A DNA stretch of 64,000 nt. It comes from Pecten maximus. Its lineage: Eukaryota. The notes beneath the pieces were generated by a model. That model did not search any database, had not been told where the DNA came from, and saw nothing but the letters and a program-made list of their open reading frames with translations. A program made the position numbers and the translations under genes. Shown one piece after another: positions 13,445 to 27,847 of this stretch. The DNA is taken from NCBI RefSeq assembly GCF_902652985.1, contig NC_047016.1:40114001-40178000 (forward strand), in the 5' to 3' direction. Within the stretch, counting starts at the first letter, position 1. Every line of letters begins with the position of its first letter.

Positions 13445-14595
13445 CGAATAGGTGATATCACCAATTCATTTTTCAAATAAGTGATATCACCTATTCGAAT
13501 AGGTGATATCACTTAATGAAACGAATAGGTGATATCACCAATTCATTTTTCAAATAAGTGATATCACCTATTCGAATAGGTGATATCACCCATTCGAATA
13601 GGTGATATCACTTAATGAAACGAATAGGTGATATCACTTATTCGAATAGGTGATATCACTCATTCGAATAGGTGATATCACCAATTGGAATAGGTGATAT
13701 CACTTAAAAATATTCTTAAGTGATATCACATATTTGAATAGGTGATATCACCCATTCGAATAGGTGATATCACTTATAAAATTCTTAAGTGATATCATCT
13801 ATTCGAATGAGTGATATCACCTATACGAATAGGTGATATCACTTATGAAATTTTATAAGTGATATCACCTATTCGAATTGGTGATATCACCTATTCGAAT
13901 GAGTGATATCACCTATTCAATCAGTGATATCACCTATTCGAATAGGTGATATCACCAATTCATTTTTCAAATAAGTGATATCGACTATTCGTTTCATTAA
14001 GTGATATCACCTATTCGAATGAGTGATATCACCTATTCGTTTCAATAAGTGATATCACCTATTCGAATGAGTGATATCACCTATTCGAATGGGTGATATC
14101 ACTTAATGAAACGAATAGGTGATATCACTTATTCGAATAGGTGATATCACTCATTCGAATAGGTGATATCACTTTAAAAAGTTCTTAAGTGATATCACCT
14201 ATTTGAATAGGTGATATCACTCATTTGAATAGGTGATATCACCAAATGGGAATAAATAGTAAAACGGCGCCCCATAGATATCACCTGTTCGAATAGGTGA
14301 TATCACTTAAGAATATTTTTAAGTGATATCACCTATTCCAATTGGTGATATCAACTATTCGAATGAGTGATATCACCTATTCGAATGAGTGATATCGCCT
14401 ATTCGTTTCATTAAGTGATATCACCTATTCGAATGGGTGATATCATCTATTCGAATGGGTGATATCACTTATTTGAAAAATGAATTGGTGATATCACCTA
14501 TTCGAATAGGTTATATCACTGACTGAATAGGTGATATCACTGATTGAATAGGTGATATCACCAAATGGGAATAAATAGTAAAACGGCGCCCCATA
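13445..14595. repeat. Duplicated, left-truncated copy of the GTGATATCAC palindromic array
   Basis: Same variant order as 8967-10117, including both right-hand termini. Confidence 0.9.
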
Positions 14596-15575
14596 ATGGC
14601 GGCAATCATGGATTAGGCCTATGGACTGACCAGAAAAATATCAACATTTGGTAAGGACCATCTCGGGATCATTTCAGGTAAGGTAGAACTTGAGAAGAAG
14701 TTTGAAATAAGTGTTGTTCAGGAAATTGAAAACTATGATTGCGCAAGCATGTTACAAAATGGCAACCGTGTCTGCCATGTTTAGATTTTACGAGGCTGAA
14801 AAATAGCAACACTTTGTTGGCTACCCTTTCTAATCATCCTCACCGATTTCCAGCTCTATGGCACCAGTGTAAGAAGCGAAGTATAAAATGCGTTATTCAT
14901 TTCAAGATGGCTGCCTCGGACCTACCCGAAAAATAACAATACTTAGATCTAGTCAGGGCCATCTCGGGAACATTCCAGGAAAGTTTCAGCTTTCAGTCCA
15001 GTGGAACTCGAGAAGTTTGAAATGTGAAAACGGACGGCGCATGACGACGGACGAAGTACGATTGCTATAAAATGGTCCCCCAAGAAATAAGAACAAGAGT
15101 ATAAGAAATATAATGTTAAAGTTTATTTAGATAAAACAGTGTGGCACTAGTGATACTTGCAATTGTTAAAAAATCATAACAGCTTTAATTATAGAACAAT
15201 ATAACAGTGTTGCTAAGTGACATTATAGAACCAAATGTGCTGATAATATACAAACACAACATAAGAATATGACAATAAACAAACAATATTACGATAAACA
15301 AACAACATAACAATATGACAACATTATAAATACAACAATACAAAATGACATAGAAACACGCCGAAACAATGACAATATACAAACAATATATGATATACAA
15401 ACACATTAATACAACAATATGACAACATGCAAACACAGCATCACACATTTGTGCTGATCAAACACTAATCAATTATACGTAGCACTAACGTCTATGGATA
15501 TCGGAATTACCGAGATTAACCTTTCACATTATCAGTCTATCACACGCCCCTCCAGAGAATGCTGTAGTTGGTCTA

Positions 15576-16581
15576 TCACACACCCCTCCAGAGAATGCTG
15601 TAGTTGGTCGTAGACATCCTGGCTAGCTCGTCAGTCTCCACGGTCCTTCCCGATGTGGCTGGCATCTCCAAGTCTGGGTCTCCTCCCAGGGAAGTGAGGA
15701 CAAGGGCAGATAACTCCTGGACCTGGCGATTCTTCGTGGATCGGTACTGGTCAAACATCCTGCGGACACCCTGGATGATGGACTTGCGGGTCAGTAGGTG
15801 GAGAACAAGGCTGTGGGCATCGTCAAGTGTGGATAGGAAAAGTTGTCGGTCAAGGCGGGTCAACTGGTCATCTGGAATAAAAGATTAAATACATGTATAT
15901 GTTACTATGTTCAAAGACATTATTCAAGATAAGATCTATCGCACATTGTCCAATAAAAAAAAAAAAATAGAAACTGGACATAAGAGTTACGACCGGAAAT
16001 AAACACACAAGTGTTGATCCCTTTAAAAAAGTCTATATACCAGAAAAAAAACCATTTGATTTATATTGAAATGATACAGTATAGAAATAATCTATTTATT
16101 TAGCATTTCTTTGTTGGTATGAAAAACGAACTTTCAACAATTTTAATTTAAACACCTTAAGAATGTGGAATTACGATTCATTCTAAATATTTGGTTTGTA
16201 CATGTATGGTGGAAGAACTTCCTAACTTGTTGGATTATTACATATTTCATCACAATGTATGGATGGTTTTATTGAGAAACTAACTGAATTAAAAATAATA
16301 AGATAGGATATTTACCCTAACAATACAATTATCCTGAAGTGGGTTTGAGCAATTTAATTAAAGTTATTAAAAAGCGTTGAAAAAAAAGGATGAAGAAAAA
16401 ATATAAGTTTGATATTGTGCTTTCTAAGAATTAATAATGTTTACATCAAAATAATAGCTTTTTTATCTTAACAATACATACCTAAGAAGTTGACCTGCTT
16501 GGCAGCGTTGTCATGGGCCAGTAACAGACTCTGGAGTTTCTGGGCGTAGTACACAACATCAGTAGAGGTCATCTCAGCCAT
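15576..16581 (-). CDS. Multicopy 131-aa orphan protein, copy 2 (2 exons)
   Basis: Exons 16581-16482 and 15871-15576; same protein as copy 1; part of the 4.48-kb tandem duplication. Confidence 0.85.
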
Positions 16582-16809
16582 GGTACAGGGTAGAGGTCAA
16601 TTAGTGGGTAGTTCTGGCAGTAGGTACAGAGGCAATGTTGATATCAAATTAGAAAATCGTCTGCTTATATAGACAAGGCTTGATTTTGATTGGTCTCATC
16701 ACTTAATCAGTTGCATTGGTCGCAAGAATTAACTCCTCCCATATTTTGATTATCTTAATTACACTTAAACAGTTTTACCGTTAAATGTGAGTAGATATTG
16801 TAACGGTGT

Positions 16810-17353
16810 TGAGATCAAAGGTTTCTTGTCCAGATATGGCTTGGTTTTACTGTACAGGTAATTAGAGGTGGAAATGGAGGTAAGATCAAAGGTTTCTTGT
16901 CCAGGTATGGCTTGGTGTTACTGTACAGGTAATTAGTGGTGGTACTGGAGGTAAGATCAAAGGTTTCTTGTCCAGGTATGGCTTGGTGTTACTGTACAGG
17001 TAATTAGAGGTGGAAATGGAGGTAAGATCAAAGGTTTCTTGTCCAGGTATGGCTTGGTTTTACTGTACAGGTAATTAGAGGTGGTACTGGAGGTAAGATC
17101 AAAGGCCTCTTGTCCAGGTATGGCTTGGCGTTACTGTACAGGTAATTAGAGGTGATACTGGAGGTAAGATCAAAGGTCTCTTGTCCAGGTATGGCTTGGT
17201 GTTACTGTACAGGTAATTAGAGGTGGTACTGGAGGTAAGATCAAAGGTCTCTTGTCCAGGTATGGCTTGGTGTTACTGTACAGGTAATTAGAGTTGGTAC
17301 TGGAGGTAAGATCAAAGGTCCCTTGTCCAGATATGGCTTGGTGTTACTGTACA
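16810..17353 (-). promoter_or_regulatory. 71-bp tandem array upstream of copy 2; 8 units
   Basis: AGATCAAAGG every 71 bp from 16812 to 17309. Confidence 0.7.
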
Positions 17354-17633
17354 GTTGCAAATTGATTTGACTAAGTTGACTATTGACTTAGGTATTCCAA
17401 GTGTTATATACAACATACAATAATGTACAGTTCATTACGGCGATGGAAAATCAAATAAATTATACATTTTTCATTACGTCCTTGTAGATTGTTTCTGCAC
17501 TGACTAACGACAAAATGTGTCGGAATACAAAAAAAAAAATATGGACATATGTTAAATTGAAAAGGTACGTGACAAAGAGAAGCCAGTTTTACGTTAGCAG
17601 GAAGTGACCGACTTAATAATATTGGAAATCAAG

Positions 17634-19111
17634 TTAACCATGATGTTTGGAACGTAATGTGAAATTAAGTTTTAGATATTTGCCTAAGTTACACAGTTCC
17701 TTTTTATCCTGAACGGTTAATAATTGAACCAGTTTATAAAATGATGGCCGATTCCAGTAATATTTCTTTATATATCTTTTACGTAAATCATTATAAAGAG
17801 GACAGATAAGCATGAAATGAAATTCATCTTCTATCAAATTTTGAGTTCAGTTAATGCAAAATCCGTGTTCTATTGAAATATTTTGGAATCTACCTTCTTC
17901 AATATGTAATTGATGAGACGATAATCGAAATTTAGAAATAAACATCTAGAATAAATTTTGTTAATTAAATAACGTTGAAGAGTAAAAGATTCGATTAAAA
18001 CTTGCACAAAACCACTTTGATGAGCCTTCCATAAATTCACTCCTCGTTTGAATAAACATGTCCATTAAACGCTGCTTAAACAAGTGCAGAAATAATTTAT
18101 TATTATCTACGTTATGGCTCAACCAAACATTACTATAACCAGTAGAAATAAAAGATTTCTAACTTGGCAACGCCAGTTACAGCTTCTGTGATTACATTCA
18201 TTCATATCTACATACACTGACTTAAGTATACAGTTATCAGACTTAATTAATTCAAGCCACTATTTAATAATTCGACACTATGATATGCATAAGTAAAATA
18301 AAAAAAACAGTCAACTTAGATTCAATATTTAGAGACAGATTAATATTAAACAAACATTTTCGTCCAATATCAGCAATAGTAAGCCGAGTTTTATAAAATT
18401 AACTCGTCAAAATGTGACGCCAAGGTAATTAAATCTATCAAAAAATTCAATCGCATTGTTTTCGTTCGAATCTAATCTACCTCCATTCCTGAATACGACA
18501 ATTTTGATTTTCTCGGTATACGTAATTTCAACGACTCTAACATTCTGGAGAAGACCAGTTGAGTATTCAGAAGAAAAATCAGTGTCGTCAGCGTACATTA
18601 AAAAAAAAGATATTATTTCTGAGGAGTAATGCATCACATGACATGATAATTAATTCTTTTTCATAGTCATTGACGTACATTGAGAAGAGGAAGGGAGGTA
18701 ACCCCTCACCTTGCATCAAGCTTTATATAATGCAGAAAAAAAATCTGAAAGTTCAGATTTGTACAAAGCACCTGATTTTAAACTTTCATAAAGTGATTTC
18801 AGAATATCTAAAAGTTTTCCTCTTACACCACTTTGATACAATTTCATAAATAATTTATTTATATACACTATCAAATGTTTTACGATAGTCTACAAAACAG
18901 CAATAGAGCTTACGCTTTTTCCGTGCAGGGCAAATATAGCATCGTTTTTACCGTAACCCGGTTTAAAACCAAACTGGGTGTCAGTTATAATACTGTAATG
19001 GTCGGACAATTTCAGTAGCCTGTTGTTAAGCAAACTTGTAAAAGGTTTTGATAAATAACTTACCAACGTGATGCCTCTATAGTTATTTTCATCCTGCAAC
19101 TGCCACCGCAT
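17634..19111 (-). mobile_element. Decayed LINE (CR1/L2-like) reverse transcriptase
   Basis: Frameshifted fragments NYRGITLVS...QFGFKPG, QGEGLPPFLFSMYVND, LMYADDT, FNYLGVTF, EDEFHFMLICPLY; 3' tip also duplicated at 13153-13448. Confidence 0.9.
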
Positions 19112-21194
19112 TGTCGGAATACACCCACCATATATATTTTTGCTGTATACGGCAGTGACGGAAAACAGCTGTATTTTGGAATCTTAGCCACTTTTGTCTT
19201 TCTTAACCCTCGCCAAAATACAGCTTATATCTTAAGACACTGACCATGTATTCTCTGTGTATCGGTTTTTTCGCCCTATAAATGATGGAAAATTGTAAAT
19301 GGACAATAACATGTAGATAAATTAAATTAAGTGTAAATATACAATAGCATATAGATAAATTAAATTAAGTTTGAAAAGACAATAACATGTAGATAAATCA
19401 AATTAAGTGTAAATATACAATAGCATATAGATAAATTAAATTAAGTTTGAAAAGACAATAACATGTAGATAAATTAAATCTAGATTAAGTAGACAATAAC
19501 TACATGTATAAGCTATCAATATATAACATGATTAAGGATTACGTGGATAACTTATATATTTTACCTATCTAGTTATTGATTTGAAATGATTTTCCTGGTT
19601 GATACATGATATAGTACAGTATATCTTCAATTTTTGTATTATCCATCCCATCCTATTAACCGATTTCCCACAAATAAAGAAAATTAATAAACCAATTATA
19701 ACATTTTAATTTCGGTCGAATCATGGTTCGATCGATTTACATTTTTATATTGACCCCAGACTTCTCCCTCAATATTTTTTCTTTGGTCTATATAACCATG
19801 TATCGACCTCATCAAAATACTATATTTGTATCTAAGAACCTCATAACCATTCCATGGTGAATCATTGTAATTACCTTTTGTCCGTCGCGTTGTCCGCCCA
19901 CTGTGCCTCTTGTCCGTAAATGATTTACGTTTGCGACCAAAAAACATATACCTGTTTTGGGGAAATTCTGCTGAAGGAAACTGACAACGTCAGTGTATTT
20001 AATTAATACATGTTCTATATGATGCATACATGTAATATGCATATTTATCATATAATCGACAAATTTTCCAGTCAATTCGCCAATGTAACTGTACCCTGGT
20101 ACTAGCTTTGCCAGTAAAAAAAAGAAACAAAATGGCTGCCACCTTTTAAAAACCTGTGAAAATGTAATTTTTTAGTTTAATGATGCAAAAAACTCTGAAA
20201 TAGATTTTGTGAAACTCGTCTCGAAGTGTTGGAAGGCTATCAAAAAATAAAATAATCTAATTTAAGTTCATACAATCAGCTAGACGTTCTCCATGCAACT
20301 TTCCATTGCTTAATATTTACACATGATGTACATGTATGAAGATAAACGAATTTTATCTTCCTGTTCCATATTTTTTATATCAGTTTAAGTGGTTCACCTT
20401 CTTCAATTCTTCTGGAAGTTGTCTAAGAGAAATCCACCACCCCAAATTACACATATATTTCCTTAAATGGCCATGAATTCCGGTAATAATTGATAGTTAT
20501 ACTTTTGTATCGCTTTATTGGCTTTCATTCAAAAGATAGCGATGATTTCTTAGGTCATCTGACCCGACTGGTCAGGATGACCATTTGCCATCCTGTTTCG
20601 TCCGTCGTTGTCCATCATGCGTCTTAAACATTTATTGAAGACATTTCTTCTCAACTTGTTAGGAATGATCCCGAGGTTATGCTGACTAACGGGTTATTCT
20701 AAAATCCAAGATGGTCATCATGACCGCCATGTTGAAAAAGATTGAAAATCACATAACAGGAAAATGGGTGTTTACTAGTATATGATAGGACTAACGGGAA
20801 TTAAGTTATTTTTTGGACTAATGGACTTGACGTTTTCTACGGTAATCAGTTTCCAGGTTGAAGGGTCAAAAACATTTAGTGTCAGCGCTCTACCGGCAGG
20901 TAGCCCGAGTTTCCCCTGGCCCTGACACCATGTCTTCGGCATGGTGTCAAGGTCAGAGGAAACTCGGGCTACCGGTTTGGCCAAATTGTTGTGGTTGCAA
21001 GAGTAAGCAAAAACGGAAATGAAGAGAACAAACACAAAGCAAATGTCATGATATTTATTTAACAAGTGAAGCACTGCAGAGACATTGATTAATTATTACA
21101 CAATCGTTTTACAGATAAGATACAATAGAATAATATGTATTGCTGCTTTGTGACATATAATAGACCAAACCATTACAATGTGGCGATACACAAA

Positions 21195-21460
21195 TAATAC
21201 AATTTAACAATACATTACATAACAATTTAACACAATACATTACATAACAATATAACACAATACATTACATAACAATATAACACAATACATTACATAACAA
21301 TATAACACAATACATTATATAACAATATAACACAATACATTACATAACAATATAACACAATACATTACATAACAATATAACACAATACATTACATAACAA
21401 TATAACACAATACATTACATAACAATATAACACAATACATTACATTACAATATAACAATA
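21195..21460. repeat. 25-bp tandem repeat in presumptive 3' UTR of copy 3
   Basis: (AACACAATACATTACATAACAATAT)n, about 9-10 copies, between stop and AATAAA (21059-21054, minus). Confidence 0.9.
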
Positions 21461-21579
21461 CACACCATTACAATGTAGAAACACATTCTGTCCATGTCAA
21501 CACTATTAGTAGCACTATGTTTATAGATAGGAAATGTCGATCTCAAACAATCACATTATCAGTCTATCACATTATCAGT

Positions 21580-21723
21580 CTATCACACACCCCTCCAGAG
21601 AATGCTGTAGTTGGTCTATCACACACCCCTCCAGAGAATGCTGTAGTTGGTCTATCACACGCCCCTCCAGAGGATGCTGTAGTTGGTCTATCACACACCC
21701 CTCCAGAGAATGCTGTAGTTGGT
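21580..21723 (-). repeat. 36-bp tandem repeat spanning the stop codon of copy 3 (4 copies)
   Basis: CTATCACACACCCCTCCAGAGAATGCTGTAGTTGGT x4; two copies in genes 1 and 2, one in genes 4 and 5. Confidence 0.95.
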
Positions 21724-22725
21724 AGTAGACATCCTGGCTAGCTCGTCAGTCTCCACGGTCCTTCCCGATGTGGCTGGCATCTCCAAGTCTGGGTCTCCTC
21801 CCAGGGAAGTGAGGACAAGGGCAGATAACTCCTGGACCTGACGGTTCTTGGTGGATCGGTACTGGTCAAACATCCTGCGGACACCCTGGATGATGGACTT
21901 GCGGGTCAGTAGGTGGAGAACAAGGCTGTGGGCATCGTCAAGTGTGGATACGAAAAGTTGTCGGTCAAGGCGGATCAACTGGTCATCTGGAATGAAGAAA
22001 AAATCTGTTACACATTGTACAAAACAAAATACTCTAGCCGGGAACAAAATATAGCAAGCTGAACAGCATGTTGATTTCATATACTTCCGTAAATAAATCA
22101 GACCATATTGAAATTACTTGAATGGCATTATTTTCATATGCTACCATTAACATAAGTTATACTGAAATAATTCAGTAAAACAAAAGCTACCATTGTTATT
22201 TTCACGTAATAGGGATGTAATTTTGAACAAAGTCGTGTCAACAGCTGGTGTTAATTTGTAATTTTACCTTTCTCACTGTTATTGCTCTTTCGTTATTCGT
22301 TATCGATACACGCAACCTTAACCAGTTTTTTTCGTGGTTAAAACTTGCAATTTTATTATTTAACGAAGAACAGGTAACACTGCAAAGATACTGCCATGTT
22401 TGGTTTTTTTAAATTTCTGCAAAAGTAAAATATTCCAAATTATTTACAATTATCCTGAATTGAGTCAATATCATCTCAAAAACGTCAAAAGAAAAAATTG
22501 AGCAATAAAAAAATTCTTTCACGATTAAATGAAATTGCTGGAAGTTTGATATTGTGCTTTGTAAAACTAAAATACTGTTTATAATTTAAAAAAAAAAAAG
22601 AGTTATTTATCCCTACAATACATACCTAAGAAGTTGACCTGCTTGGCAGCGTTGTCGTGGGCCAGTAACAGACTCTGGAGTTTCTTGGCGTAGTACACAA
22701 CATCAGTAGAGGTCATCTCAGCCAT
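21691..22725 (-). CDS. Multicopy 131-aa orphan protein, copy 3 (2 exons)
   Basis: Exons 22725-22626 and 21986-21691; intact frame and splice sites; substitutions Q14K, T38I, L46V; 639-bp intron. Confidence 0.88.
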
Positions 22726-22967
22726 GGTACAGAGTAGAGGTCAAGTAGTGGGTAGTTCTGGCAGTAGGTACAGAGGCAGCTGTTGATATCAAATTAGAAA
22801 ATCGTCCGGTTTTATAGACACGGCCTGATTTTGATTGGTCACTTCATTAAGTCATTTTCATTGGTCATAATAATTAATAAACCACTCCCGTGCGTTGTGA
22901 AACGGTAATTTATCACTTCTTAATTACACTTCAAACAATTATACCGTTAACTGTGAGCAGATTTGTT

Positions 22968-23451
22968 AATGGAGGTAAGATCAAAGGTATCATGTCCAGG
23001 TATGGCTTGGTGTTACTGTTCAGGTAATTAGTGGCGGTAATGGAGGTAAGATCAAAGGTCCCTTGTCCATGTATGGCTTGGTGTTACTGTACAGGTAATT
23101 AGTGGTGGTACTGGAGGTAAGATCAAAGGTCCCTTGTCCAGGTATGGCTTGGTGCTACTGTACAGGTAATTAGAGGTGGTACTGGAGGTAAGATCAAAGG
23201 TTTCTTGTCCAGGTATGGCTTGGTGTTACTGTACAGGTAATAAGAGGTGGTACTGGAGGTAAGATCAAAGGTCTCTTGTCCAGGTATGGATTGGTGTTAC
23301 TGTACAGGTAATTAGAGGTGGTACTGGAGGTAAGATCAAAGGTCTCTTGTCCAGGTATGGCTTGGTGTTATTGTCCAGGTAATTAGAGGTGGTACTGGAG
23401 GTAAGATCAAAGGTTTCTTGTCCAGGTATGGCTTGGCGTTACTGTACAGGT
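22968..23451 (-). promoter_or_regulatory. 71-bp tandem array upstream of copy 3; 7 units
   Basis: AGATCAAAGG every 71 bp from 22978 to 23404. Confidence 0.7.
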
Positions 23452-23996
23452 CTTTTTCAAATTCCAGTTATCTAATTATTGTACATCTGATATATCAATT
23501 GTTAAGATAATTATCATTATTGGAAAACAAAAAGAAAGGAACAATGAAGAATAGATATGTATTAACAATAAGGTAGAATCTAAATGTTTGGTTTCGTATT
23601 ACACAAAAACTCATGACATGTATACTGTATCATTTAAATACACTATATACAATTATATGTAGGCAGGTCATTAACTAACTTATATTTCAGATAACTTAGT
23701 TATAAGTTATAAATCATTTTGTTTTCAGTAAGTAGGTATTTGTATAGAAAGTATAGTTTGATTTATTTCATTTGACATGTCAACAGAACCATATAATAAA
23801 CCATCTAAGAAAGCTCGGAGATTTAAGAGATTGGAGAAAAGTCACCATTATGAGTAGAAGATGTATCATCGTCATTATCATTATCTATTATTTATAGGTT
23901 GGTATTAAAGTAATAGTATCTGTCATTTATAGATAATGAAAATAGAGCAAGAATAGATCCTTGAGGAACGCCTGCACACACACACACACACACATG

Positions 23997-25495
23997 TATA
24001 TTGTAGATATATCATATATTGTAGATATATCATATATTGTAGATATATCATATATTGTAGATATATCATATATTGTAGATATATTATATATCGTAGATAT
24101 ACTATATATTGTAGATATACTATATATTGTAGATATATCATCATATAGCGTCATATGACCTCAACCTTATTGAGACGGAGACTAAACGGGACTTATTAAA
24201 ACTTGAAATTTGGTCCAATGAATGGCTTATGTCCTTTAATCCTAATAAAACCGAGGCCCTCGTAATATCAACTAGACAACTTCCTTTTGTTCCGTCCTTT
24301 ACATTCGACAATACCCCGATTAAAATAACAAACCACCATAAACACCCAGGAGTCATTCTTTCTGATGATTGTAAGTGGAACGTACATGTAGAATATATAG
24401 TCAATAAAGTAACTAAATATATAGCCACCCTCCGTAAATTAAAACTTATCTTAAACAGGAACACATTAGAAAAAATGTACCTTACCTATATACGACCATT
24501 ACTTGAATATGCATGTGAAGTATGGGACAACTGCGGTACAACAAACTCATTGCTATTAGAAAAGATAAATCTAGAGGCCGCAAGAATAGTCACAGGGCTG
24601 TCCATATTCACAAAAAAGAGTCCTTATATCTGGAAACCGGTTGGTTACCACTTTCGAAGAGAAGAGATGCTCGGAAACTTTCCTTATTCTATAGTAAATA
24701 ATCTGGCACCTACTTTTCTTATCGACCTACTACCAATGTATATTGGCAACATAGCTCCTTATAATTTACGAAATGCAGATTTATTTAGGGAACAACACTT
24801 TCGTCTACAACTATCAAAAAATCCTTCTTTCCTTCTACTTCAAAACTTTGGAATGACTTACATAACACTATCAGAAACTCGCCTACTTTAAGTTCCTTCA
24901 AATCTAATCTAAAAAAATCTATGACAGTAAACAATATATATGACAAGCATTTTATCAGTTATGGTCCTCGAAAACTAAATATTCTACACAACAGAATAAG
25001 AAATCGAGCAAGTGCACTAAGCTATGATCTTTTTAGAGCCAATCTCGTTGATTCACCTGCTTGCCAATGTGGACATCCCTGTGAAGATTCCCATCATTTT
25101 GTCCTTAACTGTCCCCTGTACAACAACTTAAGAGGAACTCTTATTGCTGATTTAACCTGGTACGGTCCTGTTAATGTAAATATACTTTGCAATGGTGACA
25201 CGAATATCTCCTCAACTGACAATATAAAAATCGCCAAAGTTGTGCAAAACTTCTTGAGTAGGTCGGGAAGATTCGACTAATCATCACTTCCTATCCCCCA
25301 CCCCCTTCTTTTCATACTATTTTCCTATAATAAAAAAACTTAATCCAAAATGCTCCATTTATCCATATAATATAAAAATGTTTTTTCTTCTAATCGATCA
25401 AGTATATTTGAATTCATTCCAAACATTTATATGTCGTGATCTTTCCCGATGCAGTCATTTAACTTTATATGTACCTATCTCCTCCTCCCTCCTGC

Positions 25496-25587
<92 letters not shown>

Positions 25588-26126
25588 TATTTTCGTTTCT
25601 TTATCGAATTTCTGAATATTTGTATATGCCATCATGTGACTATGTTATTGTTAATTATTTTGTTATTATTATGGGAGAAGTCGTCTATAAGTTGGAAAAA
25701 CTTGCTGACTAATCCCTTTGTCATTATTATATGTCAATAAAATATGTTTAAAATAAATATATCATATATTGTAGATATATCATATATTGTAGATATATCA
25801 TATATTGTAGATATATCATATATTGTAGATACATTTTGTATATCATATATTGTAGATATATCATATATGGTAGATATATTATATATCGTAGATATACTAT
25901 ATATTGTAGATATACTATATATTGTAGATATACTATATATTGTAGATATATTACATATTGTAGATATATCATATATTGTAGATATATCATATATTGTAGA
26001 TATATCATATATTGTAGATATATCATATATGGTAGATATATCATATATGGTAGATATATTACATATTGTAGATATATTATATATGGTAGATATATCATAT
26101 ATGGTAGATATATTATATATCGTAGA
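23997..26126. repeat. 20-bp minisatellite (ATATATTGTAGATATATCAT)n split by a LINE
   Basis: Arrays at 23997-24141 and 25759-26126. Confidence 0.9.
24142..25758 (+). mobile_element. 5'-truncated CR1-like LINE
   Basis: ORFs with WLMSFNPNKTE, HKHPGVILS, YIRPLLEYACEVW, CQCGHPCEDSHHFVLNCPLY; (CT)n at about 25500-25582; tail CAATAAAATATGTTTAAAATAAA. Confidence 0.9.
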
Positions 26127-26778
26127 TCCCTTGGGAGTGAGACAAGGGAATCTCAACCCGAGGGGAAAGATTCTTAAGTTACGAAACACGAGGAGATGAA
26201 AAATGTCTATCAATCCCATCCCTAGGCATCCATGGTATCACCCTTTTTTCTTCTTTTTCATGTATATAATGAGTTAGTTTGCGACAAAACTTATCACATA
26301 TGTTAGCAAATCTTCAATAACACCATTGATATGGAGACGAATTGAAGTTCTATTTTCATACCTAGTAAAGGTATAGATAATAATGTTCTTATAGGTAAAA
26401 TGTTAATTTTTTATCTCAATCTATTGTTATTTGATGTGAATAAGTAGATTCACTTCTTACTCATTTTAAACAGTATGCTGTTGGTTCACAAGTTGAAAAA
26501 CAAAATAAGCGATTGTTCGATGTTGAATGGAAATCTAAAATTTTATACTGTTCATCTGCACTACTTAATATTGATTCAAATGGAAAATTACAGGGCATCA
26601 ATAGTAAAGTAAAGGAAATGTTGACACTTGCAGATGTAAATAATGCAGATATTGATAATATTATCAGTGACATGTGAAAGTACCGACAGCTACTGGGTCA
26701 AATCTATTCAGAGTAATTCTTTCTTGGATAAATGAGAGTGATATTAGACAGGTGAGTCAACAATGAACGGTAAAAGAA

Positions 26779-26942
26779 TGTTTGTTGTGTGGATAGCCCC
26801 ATGAACAGTCAAGGTCATTTTGAGGTGGGGTTTCCTTGTAGTAGTTGGTGACTACATCACTGAGCAGCATACGGGAGGCCCGTCGCATGCCATCCAGAGC
26901 AATGAGACTGTGGTGTCGCTTCCAAAGGACACAACCACGACA
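26779..26942 (-). mobile_element. SINE fragment (CORE-like); related pieces at 1-35 and 49685-49765
   Basis: GTAGTAGTTGGTGACTAC...CATGCCATCCAGAGCAAT...AAGGACACAAC; inverse match at 49688-49763. Confidence 0.55.
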
Positions 26943-27847
26943 TGAAATAGGTTAAATTTCTTAAGTGCTAGAATGGTGTGTTAAAGGGGATCTGCGATCG
27001 TGAAAATATATATCTCTAAGTTTTATTTTCTTCGGCTTAACAACAGATCTGAGATGGAAAATGTAGTTATAAAAACAGTATTACAACATATACATGTTTA
27101 TTTACTGTTTAAAAACAAAAAAATAAACAACAAAAACAACACACACACACAAAAACGGTATTATTCTAGATGAAGCTTGAACTATCTATGTACTGGGTTT
27201 TTTCAGCTCACTTTTCATGTTTTCCCTGGGAAACAATGCAAATATCTTTATCCAGCTCTATGGTGGTGGTTTGATTCCTGAAATGATAATTAACATATCA
27301 AGCAAATGTGAAAGGACATGAGCAAAATTTTATGTTTTGTGCAAATTAATGTATTCTAAATATAACATGTTTCTATTTGTAATTTTACAACATTAAACAT
27401 ACACTTAAATATTGTCATGTGAATATTAGAATTGTCACAAACTTCACTCTATCAACCATGCGTACCTACACATTCGTACAAATTTACATTCATTACTTTT
27501 ACTTCAAAGTCTTTGTTTTTTACGAAAACATTTACTTTTTAAGTTTGAATTTAAGTTAAAATTTTAAGTTTAATTCCGTTGATGTTATTTACGTCAGTCT
27601 ATAAGACATCGATCATAGCCCAATATTTCTTGTCAGTATCGAGTTGGAAGTATTTTTAAGGCATCATAGCTATCGCCTGGATGATATAAATGTACACAAA
27701 AGTGGTAAGTGTTAAATAGTATGTGTATTGTAACTTCACTTCTACTTTTCAGATTATTTTATTTTGTACGATCTGGATTTCTTTTTTTTTAATTTTCGGT
27801 CAAAATAAATCACAATAACAACAATCACCATCTCAAGTTGGAGACCT

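Larger units (their letters stand above)
8967..17929. repeat. Near-identical tandem duplication, unit about 4.48 kb
   Basis: 8967-13448 repeats as 13445-17929; ORF-track entries recur at offset 4478-4481; only scattered SNPs/indels differ. Confidence 0.95.

Noticed and set aside
23923-26219. ISTIYD / YIVDIS repeat ORFs
   Set aside because: Translation of the 20-bp minisatellite.
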